Below, piece after piece: positions 1 to 7,940 of a stretch of 64,000 nucleotides of DNA; position 1 is the first letter of the stretch, and the number at the start of each line of letters is the position of its first letter. The position numbers were made by a program, and so were the translations under genes. This stretch comes from an uncultured Bacillota bacterium (GTDB lineage: Bacteria > Bacillota_I > Bacilli_A > RFN20 > CAG-826). The stretch is from assembly GCA_937876465.1 (NCBI GenBank), contig CALEHV010000019.1, positions 24,077 to 88,076 of the forward strand. Direction: 5' to 3'. The notes under the pieces are model-generated. The model did no database searches, was not told where the DNA came from, and was given only the letters and a program-made list of their open reading frames with translations.

Positions 1-795
1 AAAGAAATCGAATATGAAGTTAATAGATTAATTGCTAAAGCAATCCCAAGCGATATTAAGGTTCTTCCAATTGAAGAAGCTAATAAACTTGGCGCTAAAG
101 CATTCTTCTCTGAAAAATATGGCGATCATGTCCGTGTTGTTAGATTCGGTGATGATTCTCTTGAATTCTGTGGTGGTTGCCACGTCGATAATACAAGAGA
201 TATCGGGGTATTCGTAATTGAATCAGAAGAATCAGTTGCTTCAGGTGTTCGTAGAATTCAAGGAAGAACATCGTTAGGAGGCTACAAGCTTCTTAAAGAA
301 AGAGAAGACATCTTGAATGAAGTTAAAGATTCTCTAGGTGCTAAGTCAATTGTTGAAGTTAACGATAGACTTAATGCAAGTTTAGCTGCTCAAGCTGAAC
401 TCAAGAAAGCTAACGAACAACTTATGGATAAGATGGCTCAAGTTACTGCTGATTCATTAATAAATGAATTCGTAGATTTTAATAACTATAAAGTCATCAT
501 GAAATATGTTGAAGGTATGTCTATGAACAACCTCAATAAGATTGGCGATATTCTTAAGAATAAACACGCTGATTCAATTATCGTTTTAGTTGGCGGAAGT
601 GATGGAGATTTATCTCTTGCATGTTTCGTAACTGGAAATGCTTTAAATTCAAACAAAGCAGGCGATATTATTAGAACACTTGCAACAGAACTAAAAGGTA
701 ATGGTGGTGGACGTCCAAACATGGCAAACGGTCGTGGCAAAGATAAGTCCGCTATTTCGCACGGTTTTGATATAATTAGAGGAAATATTAAGTGA
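1..795 (+). CDS. alaS: Alanyl-tRNA synthetase, C-terminal part (5-prime end outside window)
   Basis: Frame 1 is open from base 1. The FCGGCHV editing-domain zinc motif and C-terminal DHHA1-like GGGRP motif are present. The stop overlaps the ruvX GTG start (GTGA). Confidence 0.85.
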   Translation, partial: KEIEYEVNRLIAKAIPSDIKVLPIEEANKLGAKAFFSEKYGDHVRVVRFGDDSLEFCGGCHVDNTRDIGVFVIESEESVASGVRRIQGRTSLGGYKLLKEREDILNEVKDSLGAKSIVEVNDRLNASLAAQAELKKANEQLMDKMAQVTADSLINEFVDFNNYKVIMKYVEGMSMNNLNKIGDILKNKHADSIIVLVGGSDGDLSLACFVTGNALNSNKAGDIIRTLATELKGNGGGRPNMANGRGKDKSAISHGFDIIRGNIK

Positions 796-1220
796 AAAAG
801 ATTTTAGGGCTTGATTTGGGCACAAAAACACTTGGAATTGCTATATCTGATGTTTTAGGTATTGCAGCACATGGTTTAGAAAACTTTGTTTTCGAAAAAG
901 GAAACTATAAAGCTGCAAGAGAAAGGGTTCTTCAAATTGTTAAAGAACACGATATTGAAGAAATTGCTCTTGGATTACCTTTACATATGAATGGCGAGGT
1001 TTCCGAAAGGGCCCAATCCTCTATGAGATTTAGAGATGATTTATTAAAAGAAAATCCTAATTTAAAAATAGAATTAGTAGATGAAAGAATGACTACTATA
1101 ATTGCTAACAACAGACTTCTTGAAGCTAACTTATCTAGAAATAAAAGAAAACAAGTTATCGATCAACAAGCTGCAGTTGTTATCTTAGAGTCATACATGT
1201 CTACAAGAAAGGTGAATTAA
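792..1220 (+). CDS. ruvX: Holliday-junction resolvase-like pre-16S rRNA nuclease YqgF/RuvX
   Basis: N-terminus MKKILGLDLGTKTLGIAISD is typical of YqgF. The alaS-yqgF-DUF1292 order matches Firmicutes. Confidence 0.85.
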   Translation: MKKILGLDLGTKTLGIAISDVLGIAAHGLENFVFEKGNYKAARERVLQIVKEHDIEEIALGLPLHMNGEVSERAQSSMRFRDDLLKENPNLKIELVDERMTTIIANNRLLEANLSRNKRKQVIDQQAAVVILESYMSTRKVN

Positions 1221-1221
1221 T

Positions 1222-1500
1222 ATGGCACAAGAATTATTAAATGATGAAGAAATGATTATCACTAACGCCGATGGTGAAGAAGTGGTTATGAAAATTCTTT
1301 TTACATATGAAAATGAAGAACGCAAAAAATCATATGTTTTCTTACAAGAAAAAGACAACGAAGAAAACGTTTTAGCATTCATCTATAGCGAGGAAGATAA
1401 ATCCTTGTTAGAAATCGAAGATGACGAGGAATATGGAGAGGTCGAAGAAGTGTTTAATGCATTCATGGAAGACCCAAAAATTCAAGAAGCTAAAAAATAA
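1222..1500 (+). CDS. DUF1292 family acidic small protein (YrzB-like)
   Basis: 92 aa acidic protein in the conserved position after ruvX, with AAGGTG RBS-like sequence upstream. Confidence 0.7.
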   Translation: MAQELLNDEEMIITNADGEEVVMKILFTYENEERKKSYVFLQEKDNEENVLAFIYSEEDKSLLEIEDDEEYGEVEEVFNAFMEDPKIQEAKK

Positions 1501-1561
1501 GTTTGTTTTATAAATTGTTATAGTATACAATACATTCTTGTATTTTGGAGAGGTCACGAAA

Positions 1562-2008
1562 ATGGCAGAACAAAAGAAATATAGAATTACAGAAGCTAAA
1601 AAGGCTGAATACGAAGCAGAATTAAAGAACTTAACAACAGTCGAAATGCCACAATGTATTAACGATGTTAATACTGCTCGCGCATTAGGCGATTTAAGCG
1701 AAAATGCAGATTACGATGCTGCTAGAAAAAGACAAGCAGAATTAAATAGAAGAATTGGTTACTTAACCGATGTTTTAAACAACTGTGATGTTATTCAAGG
1801 AACAATCTTAGAATTCAAACATCTTGGTAATGGAAAAACATATAAATTCTTAATCGTTGGAAATAGCGGTGCTAATCCATTAGATGCAACTACTCCAACG
1901 ATTCCAGAAGATTCACCAGTAGCTATTGCAGTTAAAGGTCATAAGGCTGGAGATGTCGTTACAGTTAATGTTGCTAATAAATACGACATTGAAATCTTAT
2001 CAATCTAA
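1562..2008 (+). CDS. greA: Transcription elongation factor GreA
   Basis: GreA N-terminal coiled-coil and C-terminal FKBP-like domain. ATG at 1562 is preceded by GGAGAGG. The track ORF begins at an upstream TTG. Confidence 0.9.
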   Translation: MAEQKKYRITEAKKAEYEAELKNLTTVEMPQCINDVNTARALGDLSENADYDAARKRQAELNRRIGYLTDVLNNCDVIQGTILEFKHLGNGKTYKFLIVGNSGANPLDATTPTIPEDSPVAIAVKGHKAGDVVTVNVANKYDIEILSI

Positions 2009-2026
2009 GGAATAATAGAAAATAAT

Positions 2027-2055
2027 AGGGAACCTAATGGTTCCCTTTTTTCTTT
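2027..2055 (+). terminator. Rho-independent terminator after greA
   Basis: GGGAACC-TAAT-GGTTCCC hairpin followed by a T-run. Confidence 0.6.
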
Positions 2056-2104
2056 CGTGAAAATTTTTCCTTCATTTTGTAAATATGTTATTGGAGGAAA
2101 ATAC

Positions 2105-2281
2105 ATGAAAAGACAATTAACTTTAGAAGAGTGTGAAAACACAGTAACTGGTGAAATAACCTTAACTGCAGTTATGGCAATTTGCGCAATCGCAATTGTT
2201 GCAATTATTGCTTATAAACTTTTTACATCTACACAAGGATCAGGAAAAATCCCTGGTGGATGGCAATTTTCTTGGAAATGA
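2105..2281 (+). CDS. Small hypothetical membrane protein (58 aa)
   Basis: GGAGGAAAATAC-ATG RBS and one predicted TM helix (AVMAICAIAIVAIIAYKLF). Overlaps the radC start. No family recognised. Confidence 0.3.
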   Translation: MKRQLTLEECENTVTGEITLTAVMAICAIAIVAIIAYKLFTSTQGSGKIPGGWQFSWK

Positions 2282-2964
2282 AAATTCAAGAAATACCAAA
2301 GAACGAACGTCCTAGGGAAAAGGCTTTAAAATACGGAATTGAAAGCATAACAGATCAAGAACTTTTGGCTATCATTATCGGCTCTGGAGTCAAGAATAAA
2401 TCGGCGTTAGAAATTGCAGATTCTTTAATTAAAAGTTACACGAATATTTCTTGCTTATCTAAAGCTAAAACATCCTTACTTAAGAAAGAGTTTGGCTTAA
2501 GCCAAATATCTTCGTTAAAACTAGAAGCAACTTTTGAATTGCATAATAGGTTATTGCGACCTCAATACAATAATTTAGACATTGTTTTAACGTCTCAAGA
2601 TGTATTTGAACGATACAAATATTTAAAAGATGAAAACCAAGAGTTTTTAGTGCTTTTAATGCTCAATCAAAAATCTAAAATTATTAAAGAAAAAATAATG
2701 TATAAAGGGACAAGTAGTTTTATCGAATTGAATATAAAAGAAATAATGGTGGAATTATTACAAGCAAACACAGCTAAGTTGTACTTAATTCATAACCATG
2801 TAGATTCTAGTTGCAAGCCAAGTGAAGAAGATATTGAATCAACATTAATCATCCAAGAAAAAGCTAGGATTTTAGGTATTAAATTAATCGATCATATTAT
2901 CATTCATTGGAATGGATATTTTTCTTTTTTAAGAAACGGCCTAATTAGAAAATATCGAAAATAG
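2278..2964 (+). CDS. radC: RadC-like JAB/MPN domain protein (UPF0758)
   Basis: N-terminal helix-hairpin-helix region and C-terminal JAMM motif HNHVDSS...PSEED. Confidence 0.8.
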   Translation: MKIQEIPKNERPREKALKYGIESITDQELLAIIIGSGVKNKSALEIADSLIKSYTNISCLSKAKTSLLKKEFGLSQISSLKLEATFELHNRLLRPQYNNLDIVLTSQDVFERYKYLKDENQEFLVLLMLNQKSKIIKEKIMYKGTSSFIELNIKEIMVELLQANTAKLYLIHNHVDSSCKPSEEDIESTLIIQEKARILGIKLIDHIIIHWNGYFSFLRNGLIRKYRK

Positions 2965-2965
2965 T

Positions 2966-3106
2966 TGTAGTTTTTTAAACTTTTATTATAATAAATACTG
3001 TTGTTGCCTCACGAGCTACAACCGCATTGAAAAGGTTACCAAAACTTAATGCCTTTGGCATTAGACCTTAAGAGCGAGTCCTTAGTGAGATATAGGAGGT
3101 ATTTAC
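2966..3106 (+). promoter_or_regulatory. Structured 5-prime leader of the rplU-prp-rpmA operon (L21-leader-like)
   Basis: 140 nt untranslated region with several hairpins (AATGCC-TTT-GGCATT; CCTCAC...GTGAGA long-range pairing) ending in the AGGAGG RBS. Position matches the known Firmicutes L21 leader. Confidence 0.35.
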
Positions 3107-3418
3107 ATGTACGCTATTATTGAGACTGGTGGAAAACAAGTTCGCGTTGAAGTCGGACAAAAGATTTACGTTGAAAAATTAGACGTTAAAGAAGAAGGCA
3201 CATATGTCTTTGAAAAAGTCGTTTTAGTTTCAGACGGTAAAGTTAAAGTTGGCACACCATATGTTGATGGAGCTAAAGTCAGCGCTAAAGTCGTTAAGAA
3301 CGGATTAGCAAAGAAAGTTCGCATTTACAAATACAAAGCTAAACACAACTCAGCACGTAGAATGATCGGTCATAGACAACCATATACTTGCTTAGTTATC
3401 GAAAGCATCAATGCATAA
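3107..3418 (+). CDS. rplU: 50S ribosomal protein L21
   Basis: [12 protein letters not shown]-terminus, 103 aa. Confidence 0.95.
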   Translation: MYAIIETGGKQVRVEVGQKIYVEKLDVKEEGTYVFEKVVLVSDGKVKVGTPYVDGAKVSAKVVKNGLAKKVRIYKYKAKHNSARRMIGHRQPYTCLVIESINA

Positions 3419-3420
3419 TT

Positions 3421-3738
3421 ATGATTCGCATTGAATGTCAAAGAGAGAACGGAAATATAAATTGTCTTTCTCTCGAGGGACACGCCAATAGTGCGCAACA
3501 TGGAAAAGATATCGTCTGCAGTGCAGTTAGTGCTGTAGTATTCGGCGGATTGAATGCATTAGAAAATCCTAAAGCATTTGATATTAAAACTGATGAAAAA
3601 TCTGGTTCCGTTAAAATTGTTGCCATAGGCAATGTCTCATCACACGACTATCAAGTATTAGATGTTATCTTCATTCAACTTAAGTCGATTGAAGAAACAA
3701 ATTCCAAATACATCCAAATAGTCGAGAAAGGATGCTAG
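3421..3738 (+). CDS. prp: Ribosomal-processing cysteine protease Prp (YsxB)
   Basis: Sits between rplU and rpmA. Conserved HANSAQ...CSAVS region carries the catalytic Cys/His. Start taken at MIRIEC. Confidence 0.8.
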   Translation: MIRIECQRENGNINCLSLEGHANSAQHGKDIVCSAVSAVVFGGLNALENPKAFDIKTDEKSGSVKIVAIGNVSSHDYQVLDVIFIQLKSIEETNSKYIQIVEKGC

Positions 3739-3741
3739 AAA

Positions 3742-4023
3742 ATGTTATTTAAATTAAATTTACAATTCTTTGCTAGTAAGAAAGGTGTCGGTTCTACAAA
3801 GAACGGCCGTGACTCTGAGTCAAAACGTCTTGGTGCTAAAGTCTCTGATGGAGAATTCTGCACTGCTGGCAGCATTATTTATCGTCAACGTGGCACAAAA
3901 ATTCTTCCAGGCGTAAATACACGTCGTGGTGGAGATGATACAATCTTCGCATTAATCGATGGTATCGTTAAATTCGAAAGAGTTGGAAAGAACAAAACAC
4001 GTGCTTCAGTCTACGCTAAATAA
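3742..4023 (+). CDS. rpmA: 50S ribosomal protein L27 with N-terminal pro-peptide
   Basis: [10 protein letters not shown]|[15 protein letters not shown] has the Prp cleavage motif (FF|A) ahead of the mature L27 N-terminus. Confidence 0.95.
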   Translation: MLFKLNLQFFASKKGVGSTKNGRDSESKRLGAKVSDGEFCTAGSIIYRQRGTKILPGVNTRRGGDDTIFALIDGIVKFERVGKNKTRASVYAK

Positions 4024-4042
4024 CTAGACTAAAGAATTAATT

Positions 4043-4070
4043 GAGAGCTCGAAAGGGCTCTCTTTATTTT
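4043..4070 (+). terminator. Terminator/attenuator after rpmA
   Basis: GAGAGC-TCGAAAGG-GCTCTC hairpin plus TTTATTTT. Confidence 0.55.
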
Positions 4071-4103
4071 ACATATTTAAACAAAATCATATATAATATG
4101 TTT

Positions 4104-5375
4104 ATGTTTATAGACAAAGCAGTAGTAGAAGTTAGATCAGGAAAAGGCGGAGATGGCATGATTGCCTTCCTTCACGAAAAATATATGCCAAACGGTGGTC
4201 CTACCGGTGGCAATGGAGGTCGTGGGGCTTCGATTATTTTTAGAGCTAACAAATCAATTAATACTCTTTTTAACTTTAGACACTCAAAAGTCTTTGTTGG
4301 TCCAGATGGTGGAAAAGGTTTAACTAAGAACCGTTATGGACGTGGCGCTGATGATGTAATTGTTGATGTACCTTTAGGTACGGTTGTCTTTGAAGAAAAA
4401 GATCACAAATTCATCGCTGACCTTTCAAAAGACGGACAAATGGTTGTTGTGGCTAAAGGTGGAAGAGGTGGACGTGGTAATGCTGCTTTCAAATCTGACA
4501 GAAACCGTGTTCCAAAAATTGCAGAAAATGGATTACCTGGGGAAACAAAGAGATTAATTCTTGAATTAAAACTCTTAGCTGATGCAGGTTTAGTTGGTTT
4601 ACCAAATGCTGGAAAATCAACATTATTAAGCGTTGTTAGTAACGCAAATCCAGAAATTGCAGATTATCCTTTTACGACCCTTGAACCAAATCTTGGTGTT
4701 GTTAATGTTTCAAAATTTGAATCGTTTGTTATGGCAGATCTTCCAGGACTAATTGAAGGTGCATCACAAGGTAAAGGATTAGGATTAGCCTTCTTACGTC
4801 ACCTTGAAAGATGTAGAGTTATTGTCCATTTAGTTTCAATGGATGAAATGAGCGATCCTGTTAATGACTTTAAAGTTATTCAAAATGAACTTAAGTCCTA
4901 TGGACTTGGTTTAGATAAAAGACCTTTAATTGTTGTTGCAAGTAAAATGGATACAGAAGGTGCTAGTGAACGCCTTAAAGCATTCAAAAAGGCCGTAAAA
5001 GTTGATGTATTACCAATTTCATCGTTAACACATGATGGTGTTCAACCATTAATTCAAAAAATTAACGAAGTATTATCGCATACAGAACCATTTGCACTTG
5101 AACTTGGTGAAGATGTCACAACTGTTAAGGTTTATGATGCAAATAACGCTCAACCAACATTCGAAATTGTTAGAGAAGGCGAACATCAATTCAGAATAAA
5201 AGGCGAATCTGTTGAACGTACCTATGGTTTGATTAATCTTTCAACTGATGAAGGTATAATGAAATTAATCACTTATCTTAGAAAGATAGGTATTGAAGAA
5301 GCGCTAAAACAAAATGGTGCTCAAAGTGGCGATACAGTCATCTTATGTGACTTTGAATTTGAATACTTAGAATAG
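4104..5375 (+). CDS. obg: GTPase Obg
   Basis: Obg fold with Gly-rich N-domain, GLPNAGKST P-loop and C-terminal OCT-like domain. Start chosen at MFIDKAVVEV, 6 nt after TATAAT at 4092-4097, which implies a leaderless transcript. Confidence 0.88.
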   Translation: MFIDKAVVEVRSGKGGDGMIAFLHEKYMPNGGPTGGNGGRGASIIFRANKSINTLFNFRHSKVFVGPDGGKGLTKNRYGRGADDVIVDVPLGTVVFEEKDHKFIADLSKDGQMVVVAKGGRGGRGNAAFKSDRNRVPKIAENGLPGETKRLILELKLLADAGLVGLPNAGKSTLLSVVSNANPEIADYPFTTLEPNLGVVNVSKFESFVMADLPGLIEGASQGKGLGLAFLRHLERCRVIVHLVSMDEMSDPVNDFKVIQNELKSYGLGLDKRPLIVVASKMDTEGASERLKAFKKAVKVDVLPISSLTHDGVQPLIQKINEVLSHTEPFALELGEDVTTVKVYDANNAQPTFEIVREGEHQFRIKGESVERTYGLINLSTDEGIMKLITYLRKIGIEEALKQNGAQSGDTVILCDFEFEYLE

Positions 5376-5383
5376 GTAAAAAT

Positions 5384-6115
5384 ATGAATTTAAAAGAATA
5401 TTGCTTAGAAATTGAAAAATTCTTACAAGATTATCTCAAAAACTCAGGTTGCAAATCTTATGTTTTAGGCTTAAGTGGAGGAGTTGATTCTTCTTTAGTA
5501 GCCGCAATTACTCGCAAAGCTGTAGGAAAAGATAAATTGTTTTGCTACTCTCTCCCAATTCATTCAAATCCTAAAGATGCAAATGATGCCAAAAAATGTG
5601 CTGAACAATTAGATATAAATTTTGAAATTGTTGATCTTTCAAATACTTATGATTCTTATATAAAAGATATAAAGGGAGACAACTTTATCGCTCTTACTAA
5701 AAATAATTTAAAAGTTCGCATGAGAATGTGCGCACTATTCGCATATGCGCAAGAGCATAAAGGGTTAGTTCTTGGAACCGATAACTGGGATGAAAGTTAT
5801 GTAGGATACTTCACAAAATATGGTGACGGCGCTGCAGATTTGCTCCCAATCGTTCATTTAACTAAAGCTGAAGTAAGAGAAGCTGCTAAATTATATGGCA
5901 TTAGTTCAGACTTAGCTGATAGAGTGGCTTCTGCAGGTTTATTTGAAGGCCAAACTGATGAAGGCGAAATGGGTATTAAATATGCTGAACTAGATGCATA
6001 TCTCCTTGGAAAAGAAGTTTCACCTGAAGCAAAAGCAAAAATTGAAAGACTTCATAGAATCAGCGAACATAAACGTGTAGCTATTCCTAGACCAGCTGCA
6101 CCTGATAGAAAATAG
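5384..6115 (+). CDS. nadE: NH3-dependent NAD+ synthetase
   Basis: SGGVDSS PP-loop motif, 243 aa. Confidence 0.9.
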   Translation: MNLKEYCLEIEKFLQDYLKNSGCKSYVLGLSGGVDSSLVAAITRKAVGKDKLFCYSLPIHSNPKDANDAKKCAEQLDINFEIVDLSNTYDSYIKDIKGDNFIALTKNNLKVRMRMCALFAYAQEHKGLVLGTDNWDESYVGYFTKYGDGAADLLPIVHLTKAEVREAAKLYGISSDLADRVASAGLFEGQTDEGEMGIKYAELDAYLLGKEVSPEAKAKIERLHRISEHKRVAIPRPAAPDRK

Positions 6116-6159
6116 TCTCAAATCATTTCAATATATTTAATAATAATTAAATAAAAGCG

Positions 6160-6192
6160 AAAATATGAGCGTTTGTCTCATATTTTTCTTTA
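6160..6192 (+). terminator. Terminator after nadE
   Basis: AATATGAG-CGTTTGT-CTCATATT hairpin plus TTTCTTT. Confidence 0.5.
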
Positions 6193-6225
6193 TGCAATTT
6201 TTATCTATTTAAATTTGTTTAAAAT

Positions 6226-6783
6226 GTGAGTATGTATTTTAGCATAAACGGCAAAATAACATATGTCGGAAAAGACTTTGTTGTAGTTGAATCAAACGGT
6301 ATTGGATATCAGATTATTGTCGCAAGAGTTTCTTTGTACAAAATTGGCGAAAACGCAACAATCTTTTTGTATCGTATCGTTAAAGAGGAAGAAGAATATT
6401 TTGTCGGTTTTTCTTCTATAGAAGAACGTGATGCATTTCTAATGTTGATTTCGGTAAAAGGAATAGGCCCAAAAACGGCATTAGGAATATTAGGAAATTC
6501 TAATTTACAACAACTAATTTCGGCTATTGCATCAAACAATATTGTCTTTCTCAGCAATCTTCCAGGAATTGGTAAAAAACAAGCCTCTCAAATTCTTTTG
6601 GATTTGCAAGGAACATATATTCAATCAAGCGCAAATGTTAATCAATATATAGAAGTAAAATCTGCATTAAAATCAATGGGTTTTAAAACAAAGACTATTG
6701 ATAGCGTTCTTCTTGAAATCAACATCCCTAATGCTTCGAATGAAGAGATACTTAGATTTGCTTTAAAAAGGTTAAGAAAATAA
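6226..6783 (+). CDS. ruvA: Holliday junction DNA helicase RuvA
   Basis: OB-fold N-terminus and HhH motifs (GIGPKTA, LPGIGKKQA). Confidence 0.85.
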   Translation: MSMYFSINGKITYVGKDFVVVESNGIGYQIIVARVSLYKIGENATIFLYRIVKEEEEYFVGFSSIEERDAFLMLISVKGIGPKTALGILGNSNLQQLISAIASNNIVFLSNLPGIGKKQASQILLDLQGTYIQSSANVNQYIEVKSALKSMGFKTKTIDSVLLEINIPNASNEEILRFALKRLRK

Positions 6784-6784
6784 T

Positions 6785-7798
6785 ATGTCAAGAATTGTAA
6801 ATGTATCAAAAAACATCGATGACAACGAAGAAATTTCTTTAAGACCTAAATCTTTGAAAGATTACATTGGACAAGCGGAAATAAAGAAAAATCTTCAAAT
6901 ATATATTTGTGCTGCAAAACAAAGAGGCGAGGTATTGGATCATGTTTTGTTATACGGACCTCCAGGTTTAGGCAAAACAACTCTTGCTAACGTAATAGCA
7001 AATGAAATGGGCGCTCGACTTATAACAATTGCAGGTCCCTCTTTAGAAAAAACTGGAGATTTAATCTCGCTTTTAACAACGTTAGAACCTGGAGACATTT
7101 TGTTCATCGATGAAATTCATAGAATTCCTAGGATTGTTGAAGAAGTTCTTTATAGTGCAATGGAAGATTATAAAATTAGCGTTCCTATCCAAAAAGAAGT
7201 TGGCACAGCGTTTATGAATTTAGATATTGCTCCTTTTACCTTAATTGGTGCAACGACTAGAGCAGGGGATTTGACTGCTCCATTAAGAGCTAGATTTGGC
7301 ATAACAGAAAAACTGAAATTTTATAATTTAGAAGACATATCAAAAATAGTGTCTAGAACAGCAAAAGTTATGAATACTTCTATAGAAGAAAAAGCTATTT
7401 TAATGTTAGCAAAAAGATGTAGAGGAACTCCAAGAATTGCTAACAGATTGTTTCGAAGAATTCGAGATTTTTCCGATTATAGAAAACACGACAGTATAAG
7501 CGCTAGAGATGCAATTGATGGCCTCAAATCCTTAAAGATTGACTGCCTTGGTTTAGATGAAATTGATGTCAAATATTTGAATACGCTTCAAAACCGTTTT
7601 CGTGGTGGTCCAGTAGGTCTTGAAAACATTGCTTCAACAATTGGTGAGGAGACAACAAATTTAGAAGATATTTATGAGCCGTATTTGATGCAAATAGGTT
7701 TGATTAATAGAACAAACAGAGGAAGAGTCATAACACCAAAAGGTGTTGTTCATTTAAAAAAATATCATCAAATTAAAGAAGAAAATTCGTTGATATAA
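6785..7798 (+). CDS. ruvB: Holliday junction DNA helicase RuvB
   Basis: AAA+ Walker A GPPGLGKTTLA and conserved RuvB C-terminus. Confidence 0.95.
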   Translation: MSRIVNVSKNIDDNEEISLRPKSLKDYIGQAEIKKNLQIYICAAKQRGEVLDHVLLYGPPGLGKTTLANVIANEMGARLITIAGPSLEKTGDLISLLTTLEPGDILFIDEIHRIPRIVEEVLYSAMEDYKISVPIQKEVGTAFMNLDIAPFTLIGATTRAGDLTAPLRARFGITEKLKFYNLEDISKIVSRTAKVMNTSIEEKAILMLAKRCRGTPRIANRLFRRIRDFSDYRKHDSISARDAIDGLKSLKIDCLGLDEIDVKYLNTLQNRFRGGPVGLENIASTIGEETTNLEDIYEPYLMQIGLINRTNRGRVITPKGVVHLKKYHQIKEENSLI

Positions 7799-7856
7799 GA
7801 AATAAATTTCTTATTATTCTTGATAATGCGCATATATACATATATCATGTATTTGC

Positions 7857-7900
7857 TATACACGCGTAAGTGTGCTATGGTTATACACGAGCGTGTTTAT
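7857..7900 (+). promoter_or_regulatory. Repeated TATACACG / CGTGTTTAT motif upstream of secDF
   Basis: TATACACGCGTAAGTGTG and TTATACACGAGCGTGTTTAT lie 40-85 nt upstream of the secDF start. The same TTATACACGA...AGCGTGTTAT arrangement recurs upstream of ispH. Confidence 0.35.
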
Positions 7901-7940
7901 AAGACACAGCCGAACATTATTAGAAAGAAAGAAAAAGATT

